The notes: a model not told the origin generated them from the sequence alone. Counted from the stretch's first letter, positions 23,925 to 37,540 are shown. The stretch is 64,000 nt of DNA from Squalus acanthias (GCA_030390025.1 JASTWF010000033.1:6202001-6266000), one strand, 5' to 3'. Numbers and translations are program-made.

Positions 23925-25085
23925 TTGCAGAATGGGCATGAAAATGTTAAATTAATTTCAATATGGGAAAGTGTGAGGTGATGCATTTTGTTAGCACGAA
24001 TAAGGAGCCCAGCTACTCCTTGTAAAATAAGGGAGGAAAATTCAGTATCGCCCCGTTTGGGGCGCAATTATCGGCCGGCTGCAAAGATTAGCGCCTGGTG
24101 CTAATTATCGCTTCCGAATGCAACCTTGACTTTTATCGCCCCTGGAGGTGATTGGAGTGATCAATAAGGCGCTACACACCTGTCTTATGGTGCAAAGGCC
24201 GAGGAGCGAGTCGCTACCTCAGAGCGTTGGCGAAGCTCATGTGATGTCAGTCAGCAATGGAACACACACACAATGGCGTGGGCCAGTTCATAAAGGGGAG
24301 GGTTGATCTTGCTCTCCATCCACATCCTGCTCATTGCAGCCTTGAATCTCGGCCTGGAGAGAACTGCACATCAAATCTGCTGGAAAGAACAATGGAGAGG
24401 ACCAGGGAAAGAGCTCAGAATGCAGCCCCCACAGTCTCTTCTAAATCGATACAAGGAAGGGAAAATCAAAACGAACCTGCAAGTGCTGCTCAGTACCCAA
24501 AACTCCTTCACACAGCGTTGAATCTCTCCAAAAGTCTCTCTCTATCTCTCTCTCTCAGAATGCGTGGTTCAAAAATGGCACCAACAATAAAAGGCAGGAA
24601 GCGGTCGCCTTTAAATAGCGCTCCCCAATGTCCCTTCCTAACTGCAAAACGCTCCCCTCAACCTGTCGTTGCTAGCGGCAGGCGGTTAGGCAGGGGGTGC
24701 CACTCAATATCCGCACCAGGGCGTTGCGCACTCGACTGAGGTCACGATCTGCCGGCGCAGGAGATCGTGGCCGTAGTATTTAGTGCCACCGCAAAATGTC
24801 GTTAATTTCGCGAGCGGCGCAAACATCGCTGCGCCCGGGCGCTAGTTGCTTTGCGCCCCATTAGCGCCCTCTTAAGGCACTAACGGGAGGCGCAACCAAC
24901 TGAATTTTCCCCCCTAAGAGTCCAAATGGGGTAAAGGTACAAAGGGATCAAGGGGTACAGATTCACAAATCATCAGAAGTAGCAACGCAGGTTAAAAAGC
25001 CATAAAAGTGGAAATAAAGCATGGGTTCATTTCTAGAGGAATAGATTTCAAAATCAGGGAAGTTATGTTAAACTTTCAGAAACTT
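23925..25085 (+). mobile_element. Old CR1 fragment interrupted by a MITE
   Basis: KCEVMHF-coding segment before the MITE; afterwards a QRD / FISRGIDFKIREVML-like segment. Confidence 0.65.
24031..24914. mobile_element. Non-autonomous PIF/Harbinger-type DNA transposon (MITE), 884 bp
   Basis: TIRs GGGAGGAAAATTCAGT / ACTGAATTTTCCCCCC (15/16); TAA target duplication at 24028-24030 and 24915-24917; CpG-rich; no transposase ORF. Confidence 0.85.
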
Positions 25086-25297
25086 GGCTGATTGTCTCAT
25101 GATTTGAGATGGTGGGGTGGCAATGTCTCATTACTGTGTATATGATATTAACTGGTTGTTGTTTCTGTCGTTGTTATTAACGTTGCTTTTCTAAAAGATT
25201 CTCTAAAATTTATGTTGTAAAATTTGCCAGCGGACAAAAAGGTGGCTCAAAGGAGTTCGTGGCCGCTCAGTACAAAAAACTTCGTGGGAACATTGAT

Positions 25298-28200
25298 TGG
25301 GAGGAGCTAAGGATATTAGGTGGGGTGGGGAGGAGCTGAGGATAGTGGTGGGGTGGGGAGGAGCTGAGGATATTAGCTGGGGTGGGGAGGAGCTGAGGAT
25401 ATTAGGTGGGGTGGGGAGGTGCTGAGGATATTAGGTGGGGTGGGGAGGGACTGAGGATATTAGGTGAGGTGGGGAGTTGCTGACAGTATTAGGTGGGGTG
25501 GGGAGGAGCTGAGGATATTAGGTGGGGTGGGGAGGTGCTGAGGATATTAGGTAGGGTGGGGAGGAGCTAAGGATATTAGGTGAGGTGGGGAGGAGCTGAG
25601 GATATTATGTGGGGTAGGGAGGAACTGACGATATTAGTTGGGGTGGGGAGGAGCTGAGGATATTAGGTGGGTTCAGGAGGAGCTGATGATATTAGGTCGG
25701 GTGGGGAGGAGCTGAGGATATTAGGTGGGTTCAGGAGGAGCTGAGGATATTAGGTATGTTCAGGAGGAGCTGAGGATATTAGGTGTGGAGGGGAGGAGCT
25801 GAGGATATTAGGTGTGGTGGGGATGAGCTGGGGATATTAGGTGTTGTGGGGAGGAGCTGAGTATATTAGTTGTGTTGAGAAGGAGCTGAGGATTTTAGGT
25901 CGGGAGGGGAGGAGCTGAGTATATTGGGCCGAAAATTGATCCCGGGACGCGAGAGTACGCACTGCATACTCTCGCGTATTCCCACTCCAATTGCCGGTTT
26001 TCTGCATGCCCTGCGCATGCGCTGAAAACCGGCAATTGCTCTTCCGAAAAGGGGGCGGGGCCGGAGTGCATCGCGTGCGCGCTACAGGCTGCGCGCACGC
26101 TGTGCACTTCATGCTTTGGACGCGCAGGTAAGTACTGAAGATTTTGGAAATGTAAAAAGGAGGAGTAAGACCCGCTTTTAAGAAGGTAAGTAGTGAATTA
26201 AGTATTTTTTTGAATTTTTTTTTACAGGTATATCTTTTTTATAGACTTTAAAGACAGGTAAGTTTATTTTTATAACTTTTTAAAAGATTTTAAATTTTTT
26301 CAAAAATTTAATTTTTTATTTAAAATGGTTAATTTAATTAACTATACTTATTTTATTAATGTGATGGGTTTTTTTTAAAATTTAATTGAGGTTTAGCTGT
26401 TATTTTGGGGGGGTGTAAGATTCATAAGTCTCTCAGCCATGCTGTGAGACTTATGAATGGAAGATGGTGTGCTGCCATTGGCTCTAACTGAGTCACGTGA
26501 TCCCACAGCTCGCACGAATTAACTGCGCCGCTGGGATACGCAAGCCCAGCACAGCTGATGTCTGGAACATCAATTTCGTGCGAGCTGGATCAGAAAAAGC
26601 ATAAGCGAGGTGAGACATCGCGGGAAAGGCTTACCCCCGCGGGAACAGAGCGAGATCAATTTCTGGGCCATTATGTATGGTGGGGAGTAGCTGAGGATAT
26701 TAGGTGGGGTGAAGAGGAGCTGAGGATATTAGTTGGGGTGGGGAGGAGCTGAGGATATTAGTTGGGGTGGGGAGGAGCTGGGGATATTAGGTGGGGTGGG
26801 GAGGATCTGTGGATATTAGGTGGTGTGGAGAGGAGCTGCGGATATTAGGTGGGGTGGGGAGGAGCTGAGGATATTAGGTGGGGTGGGGTGGAGCTGAGGA
26901 TATTAGGTGGGGTGGGGAGGAGCTGAGGTTATTAGGTGGGGTGGGGAGGAGCTGAGGATATTAGGTGGTGTGGAGAGGGGCTGAGGATATTAGGTGAGGT
27001 GGGGAGGTTCTGAAGATATTAGCTGGGGTGGGGTGAAGTTGAGGATTATAGGTGGGGTGGTTAGGAGCTGAGGATATTAGGTGGGGTGGGGAGGAGCTGA
27101 CGATATTAGGTAGGGGTGGGGAGCTGAGGATATTAGGTGAGGTGGGGAGGAGCTGAGGATATTAGGTGTGGTGGGGAGGAGCTGAGGATATTAGGTAGGG
27201 TGGGGAGGGGCTGAGGATATTAGCTGGGGTGGGGAGTAGCTGAGGATATTAGGTGGGGTGGGGAGTAGCTGAGGATATTAGGTGGGGTGGAGAGTAGCTG
27301 AGGATATTAGTTGGGGTGAGGAGAATGTGAGGATATTAGGTGGGGTGGGGAGCAGCTGAGGATATTAGTTGGGGTGGGGAGTAGCTGAGGATATTAGGTG
27401 GGGTGAGGAGGATCTGAGGATATAAGGTGGGGTGGGGAGGAGATGGAGATATTAGGTGGGTTCAGGAGGAGCTGAGGATATTAGCTGGGTTGGGGAGGAG
27501 CTGAGGATATAAGGTGGGGTGAAGAGGAGCTGAGGATATTAGGTGGGGTGCAGAGGAGCTGAGTATATTAGGTGGGGTGGGGAGGAGCTGAGGATATTAG
27601 TTGGGGTAGGGTGGAGCTGAGGATATTAGGTGGGGTGGGGAGGAGCTGAGGATATTAGGTGGGGTGGGGAGGAGCTGAGGATATTAGGTGGGATGGGGAG
27701 GAGATGAGGCTATTAGTTGGGGTCGGGAGGTTCTGAGGATATTAGGTGGGGTGGGCAGAAGCTGAGGATTATAGGTGGGTTGGGGAGGAGCTGAGGATAT
27801 TAGGTGGGGTGGGGAGGAGCTGACGATATTAGATGGGGTGGGGAGCTGAGGATATTAGGTGAGGTGGGGAGGAGCTGAGGAAATTAGATGGGGTGGGGAG
27901 GAGCTGAGGATATTAGGTGGGTTGGGGAGGAGCTGAGGATATTAGGGGGGGTGGGGAGGAGCTGAGGATATTAGGTAGGGTGGGGAGGGGCTGAGGATAT
28001 TAGCTGGGGTGGGGAGTAGCTGAGGATATTAGGTGGGGTGGAATGCAGCTGAGGATATTAGGTGGGGTGAGGAGCATCTGAGGATATTAGGTGGGGTGGG
28101 GAGGAGCTGGGGATATTAGGTGATGTGGGGAGGAGCTGAGGATATTAGGTGGGGTGGGGAGTTACTGAGGATATTAGTTGAGGTGGAGAGTAGCTGAGGA

Positions 28201-31200
28201 CATTAGGTGGGGTGAGGAGGATCTGAGGTTATTAGGTGGGGTGGGGAGGAGCTGGAGATATTAGGTGGGGTGGGGAGGAGCTGAGGATATTAGGTGGGGT
28301 GGGGAGGAGCTGAGGATATTAGGTGAGGTGGAGAGTAGCTGAGGATATTAGGTGGGTTCAGGACGAGCTGAGGATATTAGGTGGGGTGAGGAGGAGCTGA
28401 GGATATAAGGTGGGGTGAAGAGGAGCTGAGGATATTAGGTGGGGTGGGGAGGAGCTGAGGATATTAGGTGGGGTGGGGAGGTGCTGAGGATATTAGGTGG
28501 GGTGGGGAGGAGCTGAGGATATTAGGTGAGGTGGGGAGGTGCTGAGAGTATTAGGTGGGGTGGGGAGGAGCTGAGGATATTAGGTGGGGTGGGGAGGAGC
28601 TGAGAATATTAGGTGGGGTGGGGAGGAGCTGAGGATATCAGGTGGGGTGGGGAGGTGCTGAGGATATTAGGTGGGGTGGGGAGGAGCTGAGGATATTAAG
28701 TGAGGTGGGGAGGTGCTGAGAGTATTAGGTGGGGTGGGGAGGAGCTGAGGATATTAGTTGGGGTGGGGAGGAGCTGAGGATATTAGGTGGTGTGGGGAGG
28801 AGCTGAGGATATTAGGTGGTGTCGGGAGGTTCTGAGGATATTAGGTAGGGTGGGGAGAAGCTGAGGATTATAGGTGGGTTGTGGAGGAGCTGAGGATATT
28901 AGGTGGGGTGGGGAGGAGCTGACGATATTAGGTGGGGTGGGGAGGAGCTGACGATATTAGGTGGGGTGGGGAGCTGAGGATATTAGGTGAGGTGGGGAGG
29001 AGCTGAGGAAATTAGATGGGGTGGGGAGGAGCTGAGGATATTAGGTGGCATGGGGAGTAGTGTGGATATTAGGTGGGGTGGAGTGGAGCTGAGGATATTA
29101 GGTGGGGTGTGGTGCATCTGAGGATATTCGGTGGGGTGGGGAGGAGCTGAGGATATTAGGTGTGGTGGGGAGGAGCTGAGGATATTAGGTGGGGTGGGGA
29201 GGAGCTGAGGATATTAGGTGGGGTGGGGAGGAGCTGAGGATATAAGGTGGGGTGAAGAGGAGCTGTGGATATTAGGTGGGGTGGGGAGGAGCTGAGGATA
29301 TTAGGTGGGGTGGGGAGGTGCTGAGGATATTAGGTGGGGTGGGGAGGAGCTGAGGATATTAGGTGAGGTGGGGAGGTGCTGAGAGTATTAGGTGGGGTGG
29401 GGAGGAGCTGAGGATATTAGGTGGGGTGGGGAGGAGCTGAGAATATTAGGTGGGGTGGGGAGGAGCTGAGGATATCAGGTGGGGTGGGGAGGAGCTGAGG
29501 ATATTAGGTGGGGTGGGGAGGAGCTGAGGATATTAGGTGAGGTGGGGAGGTGCTGAGAGTATTAGGTGGGGTGGGGAGGAGCTGAGGATATTAGGTGGGG
29601 TGGGGAGGATCTGAGGATATTAGGTGGGGTGGGGTGGAGCTGAGGATATTAGGTGGGTTGGGGAGGAGCTGAGGATATTAGGTGGGGTGGAAGGAGCTGA
29701 GGACATTAGGTGGGTTCAGGAGGAGCTTAGGATAATAGGTGGGTTCAGGAGGAGCTGAGGATATTCGGTGGGGTGGGGAGGAGCTGAGGATATTACGTGG
29801 GGTGGGGAGGAGCTGAGGATATTAGGTGGGGTGGGGAGGAGCTGAGGATATTAGGTGGGGTGGGGAGCAGCTGAGAATATTACATGGGGTGGGGAGGAGC
29901 TTGGATATTGGGTGGTCTGGATTGGAGCTGAGGATATTAGATGGGGTGGGGAGGGGCTGATGATATTAGGTGTGGTGGGGAGGAGCTGAGGATACTAGGT
30001 GGGGTGGGGAGGAGCTGAGGATATTAGATGGGGTGGGGAGGAGCTGAGAATATTAGGTGGGGTGGGGAGGAGCTGAGGATATTAGGTGGGGTGAGGAGGA
30101 GCTGAGGATATTAGGTGGGGTTGTGGAGCAGCTGAGGATATTAGGTGGGGTGGGGAGGAGCTGAGGATATTAGGTGGGTTCAGGAGGAGCTGATGATATT
30201 AGGTCGGGTGGGGAGGAGCTGAGGATATTAGGTGGGTTCAGGAGGAGCTGAGGATATTAGGTATGTTCAGGAGTAGCTGAGGATATTAGGTGTGGAGGGG
30301 AGGAGCTGAGGATATTAGGTGTGGTGGGGATGAGCTGGGGATATTAGGTGTGGTGGGGAGGAGCTGAGTATATTAGGTAGGGTAGGGAGTAGCTGAGGAT
30401 ATTAGGTGGGGTGGAGAGGAGCTGAGGATATTAGGTGTGTTCAGGAGGAGCTGAGCATATTAGTTGAGGTGGGGAGGAGCTGAGGATATTAGGTGGAGTG
30501 AAGAGGAGCTGAGGATATTAGTTGGGGTGGGGAGGAGCTGAGGATATTAGTTGGGGTGGGGAGGAGCTGAGGATATTAGGTGGGGTGGGGAGGGTCTGTG
30601 GATATTAGGTGGGGTGGAGAGGAGCTGCGGATATTAGGTGGGGTGGGGAGGAGCTGAGGATATTAGGTGGGGTGGGGTGGAGCTGAGGATATTAGTTGGG
30701 GTGGGGAGGAGCTGAGGTTATTAGGTGGGGTGGGGAGGAGCTGAGGATATTAGGTGGTGTGGGGAGGAGCTGAGGATATTAGGTGAGGTGGGGAGGTTCT
30801 GAGGATATTAGCTGGGGTGGGGTGAAGTTGAGGATTATAGGTGGGGTGGTTAGGAGCTGAGGATATTAGGTGGAGTGGGGAGGAGCTGACGATATTAGGT
30901 GGGGGTGGGGAGCTGAGGATATTAGGTGAGGTGGGGAGGAGCTGAGGATATTAGGTGTGGTGGGGAGGAGCTGAGGATATTAGGTGGGGTGGGGAGGAGC
31001 TGAGGATATTGGATGGGGTGAGAAGGATCTGAGGATATTAGTTGGGTTGGGGAGGAGCTGATGATATTAGGTGGGGTGGGGAGTAGCTGAGGATATTAGG
31101 TGGGGTGGGGAGTAGCTGAGGATATTTGGTGGGGTGGGGAGGAGCTGAGGATATTAGGTGGGATGAGGAGCATGTGAGGATATTAGGTGGGGTGGGGAGG

Positions 31201-34200
31201 AGCTGGGGATATTAGGTGGGGTGGGGAGGAGCTGAGGATATTAGGTGGGGTGGGGAGCAGCTGAGGATATTAGTTGGGGTGGGGAGTAGCTGAGGATATT
31301 AGGTGGGGTGAGGAGGATCTGAGGATATTAGGTGGGGTGGGGAGGAGATGGAGATATTAGGTGGGTTCAGGAGGAGCTGAGGATATTAGCTGGGTTGGGG
31401 AGGTGCTGAGGATATAAGGTGGAGTGAAGAGGAGCTGAGGATATTAGGTGGGGTGCGGAGGAGCTGAGTATATTAGGTGGGGTGGGGAGGAGCTGAGGAT
31501 ATTAGTTGGGGTAGGGTGGAGCTGAGGATATTAGGTGGGGTGGGGAGGAGCTGAGGATATTAGGTGGGGTGGGGAGGAGCTGAGGATATTAGGTGGTGTG
31601 GGGAGGAGCTGAGGATATTAGGTGGTGTCGGGAGGTTCTGAGGATATTAGGTGGGGTGGGCAGAAGCTGAGGATTATAGGCGGGTTGGGGAGGAGCTGAG
31701 GATATTAGGTGGGGTGGGGAGGAGCTGATGATATTAGGTGGGGTGGGGAGCTGAGGATATTAGGTGAGGTGGGGAGGAGCTGAGGAAATTAGATGGGGTG
31801 GGGAGGAGCTGAGGATATTAGGTGGGTTGGGGAGGAGCTGAGGATATTAGGTGGGGTGGGGAGGAGCTGAGGATATTAGGTAGGGTGGGGAGGGGCTGAG
31901 GATATTAGCTGGGGTGGGGAGTAGCTGAGGATATTAGGTGGGGTGGGGAGTAGCTGAGGATATTAGGTGGGGTGGAATGTAGCTGAGGATATTAGGTGGG
32001 GTGAGGAGCATCTGAGGATATTAGGTGGGGTGGGGAGGAGCTGGGGATATTAGGTGATGTGGGGAGGAGCTGAGGATATTAGGTGGGGTGTGGAGTAGCT
32101 GAGGATATTAGTTGGGGTGGGGAGTAGCTGAGGATATTAGGTGGGGTGAGGAGGATCTGAGGATATTAGGTGGGGTGGGGAGGAGCTGGAGATATTAGGT
32201 AGGGTGGGGAGGAGCTGAGGATATTAGGTGGGGTGGGGAGGAGCTGAGGATATTAGGTGAGGTGGAGAGTAGCTGAGGATATTAGGTGGGTTCAGGACGA
32301 GCTGAGGATATTAGGTGGGGTGGGGAGGAGCTGAGGATATAAGATGGGGTGAAGAGGAGCTGAGGGTATTAGGTGGGATGGGGAGGAGCTGAGGATATTA
32401 GGTGGGGTGGGGAGGAGCTGAGGATATTAGGTGGTGTGGGGAGGAGCTCAGGATATTAGGTGGGGTCGGGAGGTTCTGAGGATATTCGGTGGGGTGGGGA
32501 GAAGCTGAGGATTATAGGTGTGGTGGGGAGGAGCTGAGGATATTAGGTGGGTTCAGGAGGAGCTGAGGATATTGGGTGGGGTGAGCAGGATCTGAGGATA
32601 TTAGTTGGGTTGGGGAGGAGCTGAGGACATTAGGTGGGGTGGGGAGTAGCTGAGGATATTAGGTGGGGTTGGGAGTAGCTGAGGATAGTTGGTGTGGTGG
32701 GGAGGAGCTGAGGATATTAGGTGGGTTGGGGAGGAGCTGAGGATATTAGGTGGGGTGGGGAGGAGCTGAGGATATGAGGTAGGGTGGGGAGGGGCTGAGG
32801 ATATTAGCTAGGGTGGGGAGTAGCTGAGGATATTAGGTGGGGTGGGGAGTAGCTGAGGATATTAGGTGGGGTGGAGAGTAGCTGAGGATATTAGGTGGGT
32901 TGAGGAGCATCTGAGGATATTAGGTGGGGTGGGGAGGAGCTGAGGATATTAGGTGGGGTGGGGAGGAGCTGAGGATATTAGGTGGGGTGGGGAGGAGCTG
33001 GGGATATTAGGTGGGGTGGGGAGGAGCTGAGGATATTAGGTGGGGTGGGGAGTAGCTGAGGTTATTAGTTGGGGTGGGGAGTAGCTGAGGATATTAGGTG
33101 AGGTGAGGAGGATCTGAGGATATTAGGAGGGGTGGGGAGGAGCTGGAGATATTAGGTGGGGTGGGGAGGAGCTGAGGATATTAGGTGGGGTGGGGAGGAG
33201 CTGAGGATATTAGGTGAGGTGGAGAGTAGCTGAGGATATTAGGTGGGTTCAGGAGGAGCTGAGCATATTAGGTGGTGTGCGGAGGAGCTGAGTATATTAG
33301 GTGGGGTGGGGAGGAGCTGAGGATATTAGTTGGGGTAGGTTGGAGCTGAGGATATTAGGTGGGGTGGGGAGGAGCTGAGGATATTAGGTGGGGTGGGGAG
33401 GAGCTGAGGATATTAGGTGGTGTGGGGAGGAGCTGAGGATATTAGGTGGGGTCGGGAGGTTCTGAGGATATTAGGTGGGGTGGGGAGAAGCTGAGGATTA
33501 TAGGTGGGTTGGGGAGCAGCTGAGGATATTAGGTGGGGTGGGGAGGACCTGACGATATCAGGTGGGGTGGGGAGCTGAGGATATTAGGTGAGGTGGGGAG
33601 GAGCTGAGGAAATTAGATGGGGTGGGGAGGAGCTGAGGATATTAGGTGGGTTGGGGAGGAGCTGAGGATATTAGGTGGGGTGGGGAGGAGCTGAGGATAT
33701 TAGGTAGGGTGGGGAGGGGCTGAGGATATTAGCTGGGGTGGGGAGTAGCTGAGGATATTAGGTGGGGTGGGGAGTAGCTGAGGATATTAAGTGGGGTGGA
33801 ATGTAGCTGAGGATATTAGGTGGGGTGAGGATGATCTGAGGATATTAGGTGGGGTGGGGAGGAGCTGGAGATGTTAGGTGGGGTGGGGAGGAGCTGAGGA
33901 TATTAGGTGGGGTGGGGAGGAGCTCAGGATATTAGGTGAGGTGGAGAGTAGCTGGGGATATTAGGTGGGTTCAGGACGAGCTGAGGATATTAGGTGGGGT
34001 GGGGAGGAGCTGAGTATATTAGGTGGTTTGGGGAGGAGCTGAGGATATTAGGTGGGGTGGGGAGGAGCTGACGATATCAGGTGGGGTGGGGAGCTGAGGA
34101 TATTAGGTGAGGTGGGGAGGAGCTGAGGAAATTAGATGGGGTGGGGAGGAGCTGAGGATATTAGGTGGGTTGGGGAGGAGCTGAGGATATGAGGTGGGGT

Positions 34201-37200
34201 GGGGAGGAGCTGAGGATATTAGGTAGGGTGGGGAGGGGCTGAGGATATTAACTGGGGTGGGGAGTAGCTGAGGATATTAGGTGGGGTGGGGAGTAGCTGA
34301 GGATATTAAGTGGGGTGGAATGTAGCTGAGGATATTAGGTGGGGTGAGGATGATCTGAGGATATTAGGTGGGGTGGGGAGGAGCTGGAGATATTAGGTGG
34401 GGTGGGGAGGAGCTGAGGATATTAGGTGGGGTGGGGAGGAGCTGAGGATATTAGGTGAGGTGGAGAGTAGCTGGGGATATTAGGTGGGTTCAGGACGAGC
34501 TGAGGATATTAGGTGGGGTGGGGAGGAGCTGATTATATTAGGTGGGGTGGGGAGGAGCTGTGGATATTAGGTGGGGTGGGGAGCTGAGGATATTAGGTGA
34601 GGTGGGGAGGAGCTGAGGAAATTAGATGGGGTGGGGAGGAGCTGAGGATATTAGGTGGGTTGGGGAGGAGCTGAGGATATGAGGTGGGGTGGGGAGGAGC
34701 TGAGGATATTAGGTAGGGTGGGGAGGGGCTGAGGATATTAGCTGGGGTGGGGAGTAGCTGAGGATATTAGGTGGGGTGGGGAGTAGCTGAGGATATTAAG
34801 TGGGGTGGAATGTAGCTGAGGATATTAGGTGGGGTGAGGATGATCTGAGGATATTAGGTGGGGTGGGGAGGAGCTGGAGATATTAGGTGGGGTGGGGAGG
34901 AGCTGAGGATATTAGGTGGGGTGGGGAGGAGCTGAGGATATTAGGTGAGGTGGAGAGTAGCTGGGGATATTAGGTGGGTTCAGGACGAGCTGAGGATATT
35001 AGGTGGGGTGGGGAGGAGCTGAGTATATTAGGTGGGGTGGGGAGGAGCTGAGGATATTAGTTGGGGTAGGGTGGAGCTGAGGATATTAGGTGGTATGGGG
35101 AGGAGCTGAGGATATTATGTGGGGTCGGGAGGTTCTGAGGATATTAGGTGGGGTGGGGAGAAGCTGAGGATTATAGGTGGGTTGGGGAGGAGCTGAGGAT
35201 ATTAGGTGGGGTGGGGAGGAGCTTACGATATTAGGTGGGGTGGGAGCTGAGGATATTAGGTGAGGTGGGGAGGAGCTGAGGAAATTAGATGGGGTGGGGA
35301 GGAGCGGAGGATATTAGGTGGATTGGGGAGGAGCTGAGGATATTAGGTGGGGTGGGGAGGAGCTGAGGATATTAGGTAGGGTGGGGAGGGGCTGAGGATA
35401 TTAGCTGGGGTGGAATGTAGCTGAGGATATTAGGTAGGGTGAGGAGCATCTGAGGATATTAGGTGGGGTGGGGAGGAGCTGGGGATATTAGGTGATGTGG
35501 GGAGGAGCTGAGGATATTAGTTGGGGTGGTGAGTAGCTGAGGATATTAGTTGGGGTGGGGAGTAGCTGAGGATATTAGGTGGGGTGAGCAGGATCTGAGG
35601 ATATTATGTGGGGTGGGGAGGAGCTGGAGATATTAGGTGGGGTGGGGAGGAGCTGAGGATATTAGGTGGGGTGGTGAGGAGCTGAGGATATTAGGTGAGG
35701 TGGAGAGTAGCTGAGGATATAAGGTGGGTTCAGGAGGAGCTGAGGATATTAGGTGGGGTGGGGAGGAGCTGGGGATATTAGGTGGGGTGGGGAGGAGCTG
35801 AGGATATTAGGTGGGGTGGGGAGGAGCTGAGGATATTAGTTGGGGTGGCGAGTAGCTGAGGATATTAGGTGGGTTCAGGAGGAGCTGAGGATATTGGGTG
35901 GGGTGGGGAGGAGCTGAGAATATTAGGTGGGGTGAAGAGGAGCTGAGGATATTAGGTGGGGTGCGGAGGACCTGAGTATATTAGGTGGGGTGGAGAGGAG
36001 CTGAGGATATTAGTTGAGGTGGGAAGGAGCTGATGATTTTAGGTGGGGTGGGAGGAGCTGAGGATATTAGTTGTGGTGGGGAGGAGCTGAGGATATTAGT
36101 TGGGGTGGAAGGAGCTGAGGATATTAGGTGGGGTGGGGAGGATCTGAGGATATTAGGTGGGGTGGAGAGGAGCTGCGGATATTAGGTGGGTTGGGGAGGT
36201 GCTGAGGAGATTAGGTGGGGTGGGGTGGAGCTGATGATATTAGGTGGGGTAGGGAGGAGCTGAGGATATTAGGTGGGGTGGGGAGGAGCTGAGGATATTA
36301 GGTGGTGTGGGGAGGAGCTGTGGATATTAGGTGGGGTGGGGAGCTGAGGATATTAGGTGAGGTGGGGAGGAACTGAGGATATTAGGTTGGGTGGGGAGGA
36401 GCTGAGGATATTGGGTGGGGTGGGGAGGAGCTGAGGATATTAGGTGGGGTGGGGAGCTGAGGATATTAGGTGAGGTGGGGAGGAGCTGAGGATATTAGAT
36501 GGGGTGGGGAGGAGCTGAGGATATTAGGTGGGGTGGGGAGGAGCTGTGGATATTAGGTGGGGTGGGGAGGAGCTGAAGATATTAGGTGGGGTGGGGTGGA
36601 GCTGAGGATATTAGGTGGGGTGGGGAGGAGCTGAGGATATTAGGTAGGGTGAGGAGCGGCTGAGGATATTATGTGGGGTGGGGAGGAGCTGAGGATATTA
36701 GGTGTGGTGGGGAGGAGCTGAGGATATTAGGTGTGGTTGGGAGGAGCTGAGGATATTAGGTTGGGTGGGGAGGATCTGAGGATATTGGGTGGAGTGAGAA
36801 GGATCTGACGATATTAGGTGGGGTGGGGAGGAGCTGAGGATATTTGGTGGGGTGGGGAGGAGCTGAGGATATTAGGTGGGTTGGGGAGGAGCTGAGGATA
36901 TTAGGTGGGGTGGGGAGGAGCAGATGATATTAGGTGGGGTGGGGAGGAGCTGAGGATATTGGTGGGGTGGGGTGGAGCTGAGGATATTAGCTGATGATAT
37001 TAGGTGGGGTGGGGAGTAGCTAAGGATATTAGGTGGGGTGAGGAGGATCTGAGGATATCAGGTGGGGTGGGAAGGATTGAATATATTAGGTGGGGTGGGG
37101 AGGAGCTGATGATATTAGTTTGAGAGGAGCTGAGGATATTAGGTGGGGTCGGGAGGAGCTGAGGATATTAGATGGGGTGGGGAGTAGCTGCGGATATTAG

Positions 37201-37540
37201 GTGGGCTGGGGAGGAGTCGAGGATATTAGGTGGGGTGGGGTGGAGCTGAGGATATTAGGTGGGGTGTGGAGGAGCTGGGGATATTAGGTGGGGTGGGGAG
37301 GAGCTGAGGATATTAGGTGGGATGGGGAGGGGCTGAGGATATTAGGTGTGGTGGGGAGGAGCTGAGAATATTTGGTGGAGAGGAGCTGAGGATATTAGGT
37401 GGGGTGGGGAGGAGCTGAGGATATTTGGCGGGGTGGTGAGGAGCTGAGGATATTAGGATGGTGGGGAGGAGCTGAGGATTTTATGTGGGGTGTGGAGGAG
37501 CTGAGGATATTAGGTGTGGTGGGGAGGAGCTGAGGATATT
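25298..37540. repeat. G-rich 29-bp satellite, consensus GAGGAGCTGAGGATATTAGGTGGGGTGGG (roughly 400 units)
   Basis: Direct reading of unit spacing; interrupted once, at 25926-26669. Confidence 0.97.
25926..26669. mobile_element. MITE family B, copy 1 (744 bp, PIF/Harbinger-related), inserted in the satellite
   Basis: Imperfect TIRs GGGCCGAAAATTGATC / GATCAATTTCTGGGCC; 3-bp TSD ATT (25923-25925, 26670-26672); closely similar copy at 51565-52305. Confidence 0.85.

Noticed and set aside
24257..24739. 160-aa ORF as a Harbinger transposase or Myb-like protein
   Set aside because: No DDE or Myb/SANT motif recognisable; includes a (CT)n microsatellite.
25298..37540. Telomeric repeat array
   Set aside because: The unit is 29 bp containing TTAGGT, not tandem TTAGGG.
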